The position numbers were made by a program, and so were the translations under genes. From the NCBI GenBank assembly GCA_043823295.1, contig JBDRAY010000067.1:1-41204 (forward strand): a stretch of DNA of 41,204 bases, given 5' to 3'. The notes beneath the pieces were generated by a model. The model was given only the letters and a program-made list of their open reading frames with translations, did no database searches and was not told the origin of the DNA. Of the stretch, positions 20,333-29,772 are shown piece after piece (positions within the stretch are counted from its first letter, which is position 1; the number at the start of each line of letters is the position of its first letter). The DNA is from Methanobacteriota archaeon. GTDB lineage: Archaea > Altiarchaeota > Altiarchaeia > IMC4 > SCGC-AAA252-I15.

Positions 20333-20356
20333 TGGATAAGGTTCTTCAGGCAGTCA

Positions 20357-20524
20357 CTACGGAGTAGCGAGCATTGGTTCCTCGAAGTGCTGGCAGTTTG
20401 AGCAATACCATCGAGATTGTGTGCTCTCGTTTACTATGATTCCTGCAGCTATTTTCTCGTTGATGCACTTGTCGCCGATGCGCCATTTGCACATCTCGTT
20501 GTTGTTGTTTTCTACGGGAACCAT
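20357..20524 (-). CDS. Small four-Cys protein (55 aa), absent from the ORF track
   Basis: MVPVENNNNEMCKWRIGDKCINEKIAAGIIVNESTQSRWYCSNCQHFEEPMLATP, TAG-TGA double stop, TTTAAA about 30 nt upstream. Confidence 0.6.
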   Translation of the reverse strand: MVPVENNNNEMCKWRIGDKCINEKIAAGIIVNESTQSRWYCSNCQHFEEPMLATP

Positions 20525-20608
20525 GTGATCGATTAACTATTCTTTTGGCCATTTAAATACTAAGCCTACCTTGAACAAGGTACGAATATTTTAGGTGTTT
20601 TTTATGCG

Positions 20609-21805
20609 ATGGAGGATAATAAAATTTCCATGACCGACAAGCCGATTAAGGTTTCCCTGGACGGGAAGGAAGTAATCCTTGTTGGAACCGCACACGTTTC
20701 AAAGAAGAGTGTTGAAACGGTAGCAGAGACCATTTCGAAGGAAAAGCCTGATGTAGTGTGCGTGGAATTGTGCAAGGACCGCTTGCACGCGCTGCTCGAG
20801 CAGAAGAAGTGGGATGCCACAGACATTGAGAAGGTCTTGAGGGAGGGTAAAATCTACTTGTTTCTGATTCAGGTCCTGCTTTCCAACTTTCAGCGCAGGA
20901 TCGGGGAGGAACTGGGGGTCAAGCCTGGCGCGGAAATGCTCGCCGCCATAAACACGGCCAAGGACCTGGGGATTCCGATCGAGCTTGTTGACAGGGATGT
21001 TCGAATCACTTTAAAGCGGGCGATTGAAAAGACTAGTCTTTCAGAGAAGCTTAAGTTTATGGGAAGCCTTTTCACTGGTTTTTTTGGAGGAGACGACGAG
21101 ATCGACGAAAAGCTTGTGGAAGATCTTAAGGGTGAGGACATGATAAGCCAGCTTCTCGCAGAGCTTGGTGAAGAAGCACCATCCGTTAAGGAGGTTTTGG
21201 TGGATGAAAGGAACAGGTACATTGCACACAAGATTCGAGCGATTAACGCTAAAAAGATGGTCGTGGTCGTGGGTGCAGGACATCTAAAGGGAATTGAGAA
21301 AGAACTTTCAAGAAAGGTTGGTGACAAAACTGCTAAACGAAATCTTGCCGAGCTTGAGACTATTTCAGAGAAAAAAAGCAGCCTAAGGATTGTTGGATAC
21401 CTTATTCCCGCAGTTTTTGTCGGAATCGTCTTGTGGGGTTTTCTAACTCATGGAAGCGAAGTTACTTTACGGATGCTCTGGCGGTGGTTTATTGTAAACG
21501 GGACGCTTTCGGCTTTGGGGACTTTCATTGCGGGCGGCCACCCCTACTCGATTTTAACGGCCTTTCTCGCGGCACCATTTACGTCCTTAAACCCGACGAT
21601 AGCTGCGGGATGGTTTGCAGGATTCGTTGAGCTTAAGATGAGAAGGCCCAGGGTCGCCGACTTTAAGGGGCTTTTCAAGCTGAAGAGCGTGTGGGATTGG
21701 CGGAAAAACAGGGTCACTAAAATACTTCTAGTCGTAGCACTCGCAAACATTGGCAGCACCGCGGGAACATTTATCGCACTTCCGTATCTAGCAAGCTTAA
21801 TTTAA
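20609..21805 (+). CDS. TraB/PrgY/GumN family protein
   Basis: LVGTAHVS, VCVELC..R, PGAEM.AA, DERN.YIA, VVGAGH, AAPFTSLNP. Confidence 0.92.
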   Translation: MEDNKISMTDKPIKVSLDGKEVILVGTAHVSKKSVETVAETISKEKPDVVCVELCKDRLHALLEQKKWDATDIEKVLREGKIYLFLIQVLLSNFQRRIGEELGVKPGAEMLAAINTAKDLGIPIELVDRDVRITLKRAIEKTSLSEKLKFMGSLFTGFFGGDDEIDEKLVEDLKGEDMISQLLAELGEEAPSVKEVLVDERNRYIAHKIRAINAKKMVVVVGAGHLKGIEKELSRKVGDKTAKRNLAELETISEKKSSLRIVGYLIPAVFVGIVLWGFLTHGSEVTLRMLWRWFIVNGTLSALGTFIAGGHPYSILTAFLAAPFTSLNPTIAAGWFAGFVELKMRRPRVADFKGLFKLKSVWDWRKNRVTKILLVVALANIGSTAGTFIALPYLASLI

Positions 21806-21827
21806 TAAAAATCAAAAAGAATCTATC

Positions 21828-22676
21828 ATGAGCGATTTTGAATTGGGTTTAATCGGCCATCCAGTCGAGCACAGCATGTCTCCTGCAATGCATAATGCCG
21901 TGTTTGAGGGGTTGGGTTTGGATTTCCGGTACGGTTTGTTCGATCTTTTAGAGAATGAGCTTGAAGGCTTCATTGAAAAGGCTAAGGACGAGATGATTGG
22001 TGTCAACGTCACAATCCCCCATAAAGTGAACGTCATTCCATTTGTCGACAAGCTCTCCCGGGAAGCCGAGCTTATAGGTGCTGTGAACACTTTGAAGTTT
22101 GAGGACGGGAGGGTGTTGGGTTTTAACACTGACGGATTAGGTTGTGTGAAGGCTTTGGACGAAGCAGGATTTCCGGTTAAGGGTAAGAACGTCTTGATTT
22201 TGGGGGCGGGCGGTGCGGCCCGGGCGATTTCGTTTCAGGCAGTTCTTGAAGGAGCTAATGTCTCCCTTTCAAATCGGGAGGAGGAAAAGCAGATGGTTTT
22301 GAATCTCGCCTCGGAATTGAATGAGAAGACGAAAAGCGAAGTGATGGTTGTGGATATGGTTGATGAAACGTTGGCAAGAGAGCTTTCAAATACTGACGTC
22401 TTGGTTCATGCCACGCCTGTTGGAATGCACCCACATGAAGACGGAATCTTAATATCTTCTGAATTGATTCCAAGTGAAGTCGCGGTCATGGACATAGTCT
22501 ACAACCCACTTGAAACGCGGCTACTCCGCGAGGCAAAAGAGCGTGGCTGCCCTACTATCTCAGGCGTCGGAATGCTCGTTCACCAGGGGGTTGAATGTGA
22601 AAAAATCTGGCTTGGAATAGACCCGCCAGTAGACGTCATGAAAAAAATCGTAATCCAGGCGTTAAATCAAGGATAG
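21828..22676 (+). CDS. aroE: Shikimate dehydrogenase
   Basis: GHPVEHSMSP.MHN, NVTIPHK, GAVNT, NTDG, GAGGAARA, DIVYNP. Confidence 0.96.
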   Translation: MSDFELGLIGHPVEHSMSPAMHNAVFEGLGLDFRYGLFDLLENELEGFIEKAKDEMIGVNVTIPHKVNVIPFVDKLSREAELIGAVNTLKFEDGRVLGFNTDGLGCVKALDEAGFPVKGKNVLILGAGGAARAISFQAVLEGANVSLSNREEEKQMVLNLASELNEKTKSEVMVVDMVDETLARELSNTDVLVHATPVGMHPHEDGILISSELIPSEVAVMDIVYNPLETRLLREAKERGCPTISGVGMLVHQGVECEKIWLGIDPPVDVMKKIVIQALNQG

Positions 22677-23597
22677 TATTGTTTCCCTGATTTCCTGGCA
22701 GATTTTTTCTTTGGCTTGCATGTGACGCAAGTTCAAGTCTTTTACGTACAATTGGCTTGCCAGAAGTTTTTTCTCATCCTCGGGTGGGTCGAACAGTATT
22801 TTTATGAGGCCTTTCTCCCGATTCTGCTCAAGGGTTAGGAACTCGGAAGTCAACAGTTTCTCGGCTAAAAGAATCGTCGCATCTTTTGCAAGCTCGTTCA
22901 GCCGGGCTAAGTCGAGTCCGTCAGTCTCTGAAGGACTTAGGATATTCAGGGACTCTAGGATATAGATTACGTAACCCGTAGTACAGACGAAGGAAAGGCA
23001 TGTTTTAGGAGTCAAGTCGTGCCCGTGGAGTAGGCACTTGTTGTCGCTTTTAAGAAAAGAGCATGAGCAAGCCGCCCGGTCCAGCCAAAGGCGCAGTCCC
23101 CTAAGGCTTTTTGGTGCGTTTCTTAGGAGGTACTGGCTTATTGGATGATCTGATTTTTTCGTTGAGACTAGCTTTCTCACTCCGTCGATTTCTAGTAGGT
23201 AGTCTGCGATATTGTAGTGTGATTCGACAACCTCCTGTTGTCTTGGAGGGAGAGAATCCCATTCGATGAAAGTGACATACTCACCTAATTTTTTTCCGGA
23301 ACCTTTGATAATCGATTCTATTTCCTGGAGTTTCGCAGGCCTGATTAGAACACCCTCAATGATATTTAAGGGCGAGAAGAAACAGCAGGGCACGCCGCAG
23401 TCGACGTGGCAGTTGATAGTGCAATTGTAGTCGGGAAGCGAAAGCTCGCCTCTTATCTCTTTTACTAGGCCTGTTATTTTCTGATTAAGAGAATCCTCGC
23501 GGGCATGATCTAATTCGACTGAATCCAGACAGACTGCGAAAAGCTTCCTCCGTCTAATCCAGTCCTCAATTGTTTTGAATGATTTCATGGTTAACAT
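22662..23597 (-). CDS. Cysteine-cluster protein (YkgJ/CxxCxxCC-like)
   Basis: CTINCHVDCGVPCC and CSFL....KCLLH....PKTC..FVC spacing; start may be 23588. Confidence 0.6.
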   Translation of the reverse strand: MLTMKSFKTIEDWIRRRKLFAVCLDSVELDHAREDSLNQKITGLVKEIRGELSLPDYNCTINCHVDCGVPCCFFSPLNIIEGVLIRPAKLQEIESIIKGSGKKLGEYVTFIEWDSLPPRQQEVVESHYNIADYLLEIDGVRKLVSTKKSDHPISQYLLRNAPKSLRGLRLWLDRAACSCSFLKSDNKCLLHGHDLTPKTCLSFVCTTGYVIYILESLNILSPSETDGLDLARLNELAKDATILLAEKLLTSEFLTLEQNREKGLIKILFDPPEDEKKLLASQLYVKDLNLRHMQAKEKICQEIRETILSLI

Positions 23598-24238
23598 ACT
23601 ATTGCGCGGAAGACGTTAGGGTAGGGAAGATCCATTTCCCCAGCCCCGAAACCCTCGTTACCACCAGACGGGAATTCTTCTTGAAACCCTTCTGAAATTG
23701 CGGCGACTATGGCCGCACCTGTCGGAGTTGTGATTTCTTTGTCCGAGATTTTTTTCGAAGGTATTGAATACTTTGAGATTATCTCTTGGGTCGCGGGCGC
23801 GGTAAAGCCCAAAGAGACTGGTGAGGTGATTATTCCAGCATCCAAGAGACCCAAATCTTCCAATGCTAACGCAGACGCCGCAGCGTCCACCATTGAGTCG
23901 GCCGCTTCGTGAAGGTGGACTTCATCCAAACTCACTCCATGCGCGCGAGACTCTGCCTCGGCAAGCTTTTCAAGAATTGAAAGAGCAGTGGACTCGGAGT
24001 TTTCCGAGAGGCCAATTGATTTAACCGTCCCAACAAGCTCTGTATACTCCGCCTGATCCATCGGGAAATCGACTATAAAGCGCGTTGCCGAGACACCGGC
24101 TTTGTCGACTTTCTCGGCTTTCAATGAGGCAATATGAGAGAGCTTCTCGTGAATGTTTTCAAAGCTTGCTCCAAGATCGATTAGTGATCCCACGAACATG
24201 TCGCCTGCAATACCGTGGGAGCAGTCTAGATAAAGCAT
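23591..24238 (-). CDS. larC: LarC-family nickel insertion protein, N-terminal domain only
   Basis: LYLDCSHGIAGDMFVGSL.DLG, LAEAESRAHG....VHLHE, TAPAT, EITTPTGAA, PNVFR. Confidence 0.85.
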   Translation of the reverse strand: MLYLDCSHGIAGDMFVGSLIDLGASFENIHEKLSHIASLKAEKVDKAGVSATRFIVDFPMDQAEYTELVGTVKSIGLSENSESTALSILEKLAEAESRAHGVSLDEVHLHEAADSMVDAAASALALEDLGLLDAGIITSPVSLGFTAPATQEIISKYSIPSKKISDKEITTPTGAAIVAAISEGFQEEFPSGGNEGFGAGEMDLPYPNVFRAIVC

Positions 24239-24244
24239 GTCTTA

Positions 24245-24724
24245 TCACTCGGCCATCTTGCTTTTTATGATTCCTTCTAGCAGCCCGTATTTGTCGGTGT
24301 TTTCAGGGTCGAGGTCTAGGAGTATGTCGTATTCCTCCCAGGCGTCTTCAGGGTTTCCGATGTATGCGAGGAGAAGTCCCAGATTGAAGTGTGCTTTAAC
24401 CATTTTTCCGTCGATTTCAACGGCTTTCCTGTATTTCTCGATCGCCCATAAGGCGAGGTGTGGGTTTTTCGAAAGCATTTCGGGTTCAGTGTAAAGGCAG
24501 CCCAGGTTATAGTATGAGTGGGGGTTTTTAGGGTCTATTTCAATTGATTTTTCAAGGATTTTCTCGATTTCATCAAACGCTTGTGTGTGGTGTCCAAGCA
24601 TCGCCGCATAATCGTTTAACACTTCAGCGGCCTTTTCCTTGTCTTTTACGTTAGAAACAATATCCAAGGCGCCTGAAACATTCGCGTTATCCAAAAGCTT
24701 TAAAACATCACTTATGTCTGCCAT
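24245..24724 (-). CDS. Tetratricopeptide repeat protein
   Basis: SIEIDPKNPHSYYNLG, AVEIDGKMVKAHFNLG. Confidence 0.85.
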   Translation of the reverse strand: MADISDVLKLLDNANVSGALDIVSNVKDKEKAAEVLNDYAAMLGHHTQAFDEIEKILEKSIEIDPKNPHSYYNLGCLYTEPEMLSKNPHLALWAIEKYRKAVEIDGKMVKAHFNLGLLLAYIGNPEDAWEEYDILLDLDPENTDKYGLLEGIIKSKMAE

Positions 24725-25386
24725 TTACCTCCCCTCCTAAGTATTTGCGCCGCAATAACTGCAGCACCGTAACCGTTGTCGATGTTGACTACTGCAACCG
24801 GCGTGCACGAGTTAAGCATTGCATAAAGTGCGGCTTTGCCTCCCGCCCCCGTACCATAGCCCACTGAAGTTGGAACGCCGATGACTGGAACGTCAACCAA
24901 GCCTGAGACGACCGAGGGGAGGGCACCCTCCATCCCCGCTAAAACAATCAGTACTTGGGCTTTACTCATGTTGTCGAGTGCGGGATACAGACGGTGTATT
25001 CCGGCAACCCCCACATCGTATTCGGTTAAGACTTTTATTCCAAGCTCTTGCGCTATCTCCTTGGCTTCTTCGGCGATTGGTATGTCCGAGGTTCCGGCAG
25101 TGAGAATCCCGATAATCCCGATCCCGTCGATTTTGTGGTTCTTGTTTTTCACAACCACCGTCTTAGCCCTGGGATTTACAGAAAAGACTGCACCCCTAAG
25201 TTTTAACTTGGATTTAAGCGTTTTCGCTTCTTCTTCCCCCATCTTTGTTATGATCACTCGTCCGCACTCGTCGAGGTGTTTCTGAGCGATTATTACGGTG
25301 TCTGCGAGGAGTTTTCCTTCCGCGTATATTACTTCAGGGATTCCGCAGCGTTCTCTTCGGTCGAAATCTGGTTTTACCACCTTCAT
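24712..25386 (-). CDS. larB: Nickel-pincer cofactor biosynthesis protein LarB (AIR carboxylase-like)
   Basis: R.GIPEVIYAEGK, TAGTSDIPIAEEA, DVGVAGIHRL, AGMEGALPSVV, VPTSVGYG, VVNIDNGYGAA. Confidence 0.93.
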   Translation of the reverse strand: MKVVKPDFDRRERCGIPEVIYAEGKLLADTVIIAQKHLDECGRVIITKMGEEEAKTLKSKLKLRGAVFSVNPRAKTVVVKNKNHKIDGIGIIGILTAGTSDIPIAEEAKEIAQELGIKVLTEYDVGVAGIHRLYPALDNMSKAQVLIVLAGMEGALPSVVSGLVDVPVIGVPTSVGYGTGAGGKAALYAMLNSCTPVAVVNIDNGYGAAVIAAQILRRGGKWQT

Positions 25387-26043
25387 TTATAAACCACCAA
25401 GAATTTTTTTAAGATCTGTGATGCTGTATTGTCCTGGTCCGGAAGGTTCCCGCTGGTCGGGGTGGCCGTAGGTTAGGAAGGAGCCGAGAAGGGGTGCGAG
25501 TATTCGCGATGGTTTGCCTAATTCACCCATGGAAATCACGATCAATGGTGTGGTCTCCTTGAACTCTGAGATGAGACTTAGCGTGTTTAAGACGTCTGTG
25601 TTGTCGTTTGGCGTGAAAGCCACTTTCACAATGTCTGCTCCGATAGCTTTCCCGGATTCAATTAAGGTGTTCATTCCAGCCCTTTTCGGGGTCCCCTCAA
25701 AGTTGTGGTAGGCTATGATCGTCTTCACGCCTTTCTCCCGGGCGTACGATATCATCTCGTCCCTGACTTTGGGGGAAGCTTTAAGCTCGAAGGTGATGTA
25801 TTGGGAGAACTCGCAAGCTTGCTTTAATATTTTCACCCTATCTTCCTCGTCTCCCAAGTATTTCCCCCCCTCCCAAGAAGGTATGCAAGCGGATATGACG
25901 GGTTTTTCAATCCCTGAAAGCTTTTCAAGGTTGTCGAAGGTGGCAAGGCAGTCAAGCCGAAGCTCTATCAAGTCGCAATCACATCCCTTGGCTACGTCAA
26001 CCATGTCTTCGACTGTCTCTTCGGTTATTGAAGCGCAAATCAT
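25387..26043 (-). CDS. aroD: Type I 3-dehydroquinate dehydratase
   Basis: DLIELRLD, YHNFEGTP, DIVKVA, ISMGELGKPSR, PGQ; ATG start at MICASI. Confidence 0.9.
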   Translation of the reverse strand: MICASITEETVEDMVDVAKGCDCDLIELRLDCLATFDNLEKLSGIEKPVISACIPSWEGGKYLGDEEDRVKILKQACEFSQYITFELKASPKVRDEMISYAREKGVKTIIAYHNFEGTPKRAGMNTLIESGKAIGADIVKVAFTPNDNTDVLNTLSLISEFKETTPLIVISMGELGKPSRILAPLLGSFLTYGHPDQREPSGPGQYSITDLKKILGGL

Positions 26044-26083
26044 TTTCCTGATATTAATTAGTTTGAGTGAATATATCAATAAA

Positions 26084-26449
26084 TTGAGGGTATTGAATAA
26101 AACTAGGGACTGTGTTTTAAGCGAAAACGCACGTATCACGAAATCTTTTCTGGGAAGGCTTAGGGGACTATTATTCACTGAAAAGTCCGATCTAGTGCTT
26201 GAATCGCCCAGAGAGACTATCGAACACTCCTCCATACACATGTTCTTTATGGGATATGCGATTGACGTGGTCTGGGTTGATAAGCAGGGTACTGTAGTGG
26301 GTGTTTTAAAGGGTGTTCCCCCGTCAAGCCTTCTAAAACCGGGTACTTTTCTGATTTACAGGCCCCCCAAGCCGAGCAAATACGTTGTAGAGTTGGGGAA
26401 GGGAAGCTTGCATGACACTGAGATTGGGGATTTGATTGAATTTATCTAA
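26084..26449 (+). CDS. DUF192 domain protein
   Basis: RLRGLLF, SIHMFFMGYAIDVVWVD, YVVEL; TTG start inferred. Confidence 0.85.
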   Translation: MRVLNKTRDCVLSENARITKSFLGRLRGLLFTEKSDLVLESPRETIEHSSIHMFFMGYAIDVVWVDKQGTVVGVLKGVPPSSLLKPGTFLIYRPPKPSKYVVELGKGSLHDTEIGDLIEFI

Positions 26450-26907
26450 GTCAGCTTGACTCCGGTTAGCTCAAGCTCGTCCATGGCTTCAATGGAAGCG
26501 TTTATTGCACGGTTAGCTTCGGTTTTTGCTTTAAGACAGGAAGTTGAATTACTTGTGTTTATGCAGTTCATGTCATGCCTGTAGGCTAAACTGAAATGAT
26601 CTGCAGAAGATAAGACGAGAGAGTGGAATCTTTTGAAACCTTGCGGAGGGGTGTTTTTCGAAAAAACATTTCGAATCTCCTCGTTTTTCATGTACGCCAT
26701 AACTGCGTTGTCATACGCCTCCCGGGAATCCATTGAATCATTATTGAATAAAGCCCGGGCATTAAGGTAATTGTTCAGGTTTTCAGAAAGATCCTTCATG
26801 GCAATCTGGGAGACATTCAGATAAGTTTTCGTCCCTGCAAGATCATCATCGGATAAGCAGCCAGAAGCAAGAGAGAAGAGAAGGAGGATTAGAAAAGTTT
26901 TATTCAT
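26446..26907 (-). CDS. Putative lipoprotein
   Basis: MNKTFLILLLFSLASGCL lipobox-like signal. Confidence 0.7.
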   Translation of the reverse strand: MNKTFLILLLFSLASGCLSDDDLAGTKTYLNVSQIAMKDLSENLNNYLNARALFNNDSMDSREAYDNAVMAYMKNEEIRNVFSKNTPPQGFKRFHSLVLSSADHFSLAYRHDMNCINTSNSTSCLKAKTEANRAINASIEAMDELELTGVKLT

Positions 26908-27110
26908 TCCTCTTTTTCGACGATTTTAATGCATCTTACAGGGCAAATCTCCTCTGCCTTGCGATTGCACTCAATCTTGTCGTCGCCTATCTCGATTTTT
27001 TGGGGATTGGATTTGTCACCCTTAAACTGCCAGTTTTCAGGGCAAACGCCAACGCACGCGCCACAGCCTATGCACGCCTCACTGTTAAATTCAATCAAGT
27101 ACAGGACCAT
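26904..27110 (-). CDS. Single-cluster ferredoxin
   Basis: CIGCGACVGVCP ... AEEICPVRCI. Confidence 0.9.
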   Translation of the reverse strand: MVLYLIEFNSEACIGCGACVGVCPENWQFKGDKSNPQKIEIGDDKIECNRKAEEICPVRCIKIVEKEE

Positions 27111-27146
27111 GAATTAATAGATACAAGTTACTACCTTAAAAACATC

Positions 27147-28463
27147 TTAACCGCCCATATTCATCCCGAATTTCTTCATTAAGCGTTCGAGCTTTCGGCC
27201 GGAGCCCACAGACTTCATAACCTTTTTCATGCGCTTGTAGTGATTCAAAAGCTCCCTGACTTCGGCTTGCGTTGTGCCTGAGCCCTTTGCAATACGCTCT
27301 ATGCGGGACTGTTTTATGAGTTGAGGATCCTCCATCTCCTCCTCAGTCATGGAATCCATTATCACCTTGAATTTCTTGATTTTATCTTCCTGAAGGTCGA
27401 CCATGTCTTTCGGAAGTTTACCACCCATTGGAAGCATGTCCAAGACATTGCTCATTGGCCCCATCTTCTTCATCTGCTCTATCTGGTAGTATAGGTCTTG
27501 TAGTGTGAACTTTCCGGACATCATTCGTTTGGCGGTCTCCTCGTCCAAATCCACTTCCTTGGCTTTTTCCATCAAGCCTTCAATGTCTCCGAAGCCGATA
27601 ATTCTCCCGACAAAACGTTTTGGATCGAATAGTTCAAGATCCTGGATGTGCTCTCCGACACCGATGAAAAACACTTTCGCCCCGGTCTCGGCGCACGCTG
27701 AGAGCGCTCCCCCGCCCTTTGCAGTCCCGTCAAGCTTTGAAACTATGACACCGTCAATACTGCACGCCTCCTTGAAGGCTTTCGCATGCTCTCCCGCAGT
27801 CTGGCCGATAGTGCCATCCAATACAAGAAGTGTTTTGTCTGGTTTCAAGTTCTTCGCAACCCGGTTTATGTCGGACATGAGAGACTTGTCAAGCTTGTGG
27901 CGGCCTTCAGAGTCTATTATTATGAGGCCTGTCTTGTGGTGGTCAACACCGCGATTAATTATGGTTAGGGAGTCTTTCTCGCCTTTCTCCCCGTAAAAGG
28001 GTACGTGAATCTCCTCAGAAAGCTGTTTCAGCTGGTCATAAGCTGCAGGCCGGAAAGTGTCGGCGCAGATGAGTTTAGGATTCAAACCCTGCTTCTTGAA
28101 GTACCGAGCCAGTTTCGCGGCCTGGGTTGTCTTACCGCTTCCCTGAACGCCCACGAGAAGGATTCGCTGACCGTCTTCAACTAAAAGCTTTCCGCCCTCC
28201 CCGAGAAGGTTCGTAAGCTCCTCGTAAGTAATTTTTACGAGGTTTTCCTGCCGGGATAAAAGTCCTGGAGGCTTCTCCAAAAGGCCTCGGTCCTCAATCT
28301 GCTTTGATATTTTTTGGACGAGCTGTATTGATACGTCAGATGATATGAGGGTTTTCTGAATCTGCTTTACGTATTCCTTGACAGTTCTTTTATCCAAGAC
28401 AACAGCTTTTCTAAGGTTTTTGATCGCCCCTCGAAGCCCGTCCTGGAGTTTCTCGAATGCCAT
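27147..28463 (-). CDS. srp54: Signal recognition particle protein SRP54
   Basis: GVQGSGKTT, DTFRPAA, KLDGTAKGGG, Met-rich M domain with SRIERIAKGSG; start at MAFEKL. Confidence 0.96.
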   Translation of the reverse strand: MAFEKLQDGLRGAIKNLRKAVVLDKRTVKEYVKQIQKTLISSDVSIQLVQKISKQIEDRGLLEKPPGLLSRQENLVKITYEELTNLLGEGGKLLVEDGQRILLVGVQGSGKTTQAAKLARYFKKQGLNPKLICADTFRPAAYDQLKQLSEEIHVPFYGEKGEKDSLTIINRGVDHHKTGLIIIDSEGRHKLDKSLMSDINRVAKNLKPDKTLLVLDGTIGQTAGEHAKAFKEACSIDGVIVSKLDGTAKGGGALSACAETGAKVFFIGVGEHIQDLELFDPKRFVGRIIGFGDIEGLMEKAKEVDLDEETAKRMMSGKFTLQDLYYQIEQMKKMGPMSNVLDMLPMGGKLPKDMVDLQEDKIKKFKVIMDSMTEEEMEDPQLIKQSRIERIAKGSGTTQAEVRELLNHYKRMKKVMKSVGSGRKLERLMKKFGMNMGG

Positions 28464-28502
28464 TGTAACATTTATTTCAACATACATAATTAAGTAGCTT
28501 TT

Positions 28503-29735
28503 ATGGCAAACTATCTCATGTGGGGGATATATTTCAGCTCCCTGTACTTGGCCATCTTCTGGCTTCTGGTGCTCATAAACAAGTACTTGAGCCGGAGGGA
28601 GGTTGAGCGGATTGAGTTTGAGCCTTCTGTTTCCGTTATTGTCCCGGCGTTCAATGAGGAGGAGCATGTTAAGGAGTGTATTGAGTCTCTTCTAAGCCTT
28701 GAGTATCCGAGGGACAAGCTTGAGGTTATTGTCGTAAATGACGGCTCATCTGATGATACTGGAAATATTTGCAAGAGTTTTGGAAGGAAAATTAAGTTTA
28801 TTGACCTGAAAAAGAACAGTGGGACTAAGGCAGTTCCCTTGAATATTGGTTTGAGGGAGGCAACTGGTGAGATTGTGGCGTGTCTTGATGCCGACTCGAT
28901 TGTGTTGAAAGATAATTTAAAGAAGATGATGCCCTTCTTTGATGCGGAAGACGTCGGCGCTGTAACCCCGGCTCTCAAAGTTTTCGAGCCGAAGACAATC
29001 CTTCAAAAGCTCCAGTGGTATGAATACTTGTTCGCGATCCTGCTTAGAAAACTCATGTCTTTAATAGATTGTATTTACGTGACTCCTGGACCGTTCAGCC
29101 TTTATCGGAGGAAGGTGGTAGAAGAGTTGGGTGGTTTTTCCGAGGACAACATCACCGAGGACATGGAGATGGCGCTTCGGCTTCAGGCTAATCATTTTAA
29201 GATCAGAAATGCCATGGACGCATACGTCTACACCCACGCTCCTGATAATCTCTCAAAACTTTATTCCCAGAGGCGTAGGTGGTATCAAGGCCTTCTCATA
29301 AACAGTAGACTTTATCGGAGAATATTCTTTAACAGGGAGTATGGAGACTTCTCAATCCTTATGCCGTTAAACGTTGCAAGCGTCATCATCCTCATGCTCT
29401 CAACACTATTATTCTTCTACTACCTCTTCAAGCCGATCATAAAGTTTGTCGTGAAACTCTTCCTCATAGACTTCGACTTGACGGTGTATTTTCGAAACCT
29501 CGAGTTCACACTGTTTATGCTCGACTTCAACTACAACAAGATATTCGTACTACTCGCAGTATTTATGTTCGGACTACTCTCCCTGTATCTAAGCCACAGG
29601 TTTTCAAGGGAAAAAATAAGAAGATACGGCATACGCCCAGTCATCGCCTTTTCAATGCTCTACTTCCTCTTTTTAGGCACTCTCTGGCTTGGAGTCGTTT
29701 CCGAATGGGTGAGGGGGAGCAAGATCAAGTGGTAG
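28503..29735 (+). CDS. Membrane GT2 glycosyltransferase, processive type
   Basis: VPAFNEE, NDGSSD, DAD, ITED, QRRRW; N- and C-terminal TM segments. Confidence 0.9.
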   Translation: MANYLMWGIYFSSLYLAIFWLLVLINKYLSRREVERIEFEPSVSVIVPAFNEEEHVKECIESLLSLEYPRDKLEVIVVNDGSSDDTGNICKSFGRKIKFIDLKKNSGTKAVPLNIGLREATGEIVACLDADSIVLKDNLKKMMPFFDAEDVGAVTPALKVFEPKTILQKLQWYEYLFAILLRKLMSLIDCIYVTPGPFSLYRRKVVEELGGFSEDNITEDMEMALRLQANHFKIRNAMDAYVYTHAPDNLSKLYSQRRRWYQGLLINSRLYRRIFFNREYGDFSILMPLNVASVIILMLSTLLFFYYLFKPIIKFVVKLFLIDFDLTVYFRNLEFTLFMLDFNYNKIFVLLAVFMFGLLSLYLSHRFSREKIRRYGIRPVIAFSMLYFLFLGTLWLGVVSEWVRGSKIKW

Positions 29736-29772
29736 GCATTTTTCAAGGAATGTGTAAATAGATACATCAACC

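Noticed and set aside
20346-20552. 68-aa basic ORF from the track
   Set aside because: The overlapping frame 20357-20524 has a better motif and TATA spacing; the ATG of this ORF overlaps the TATA box
23560-23620. Programmed frameshift joining larC to a LarC2 domain
   Set aside because: The downstream ORF has no recognisable LarC C-terminal motifs and no clear slippery site
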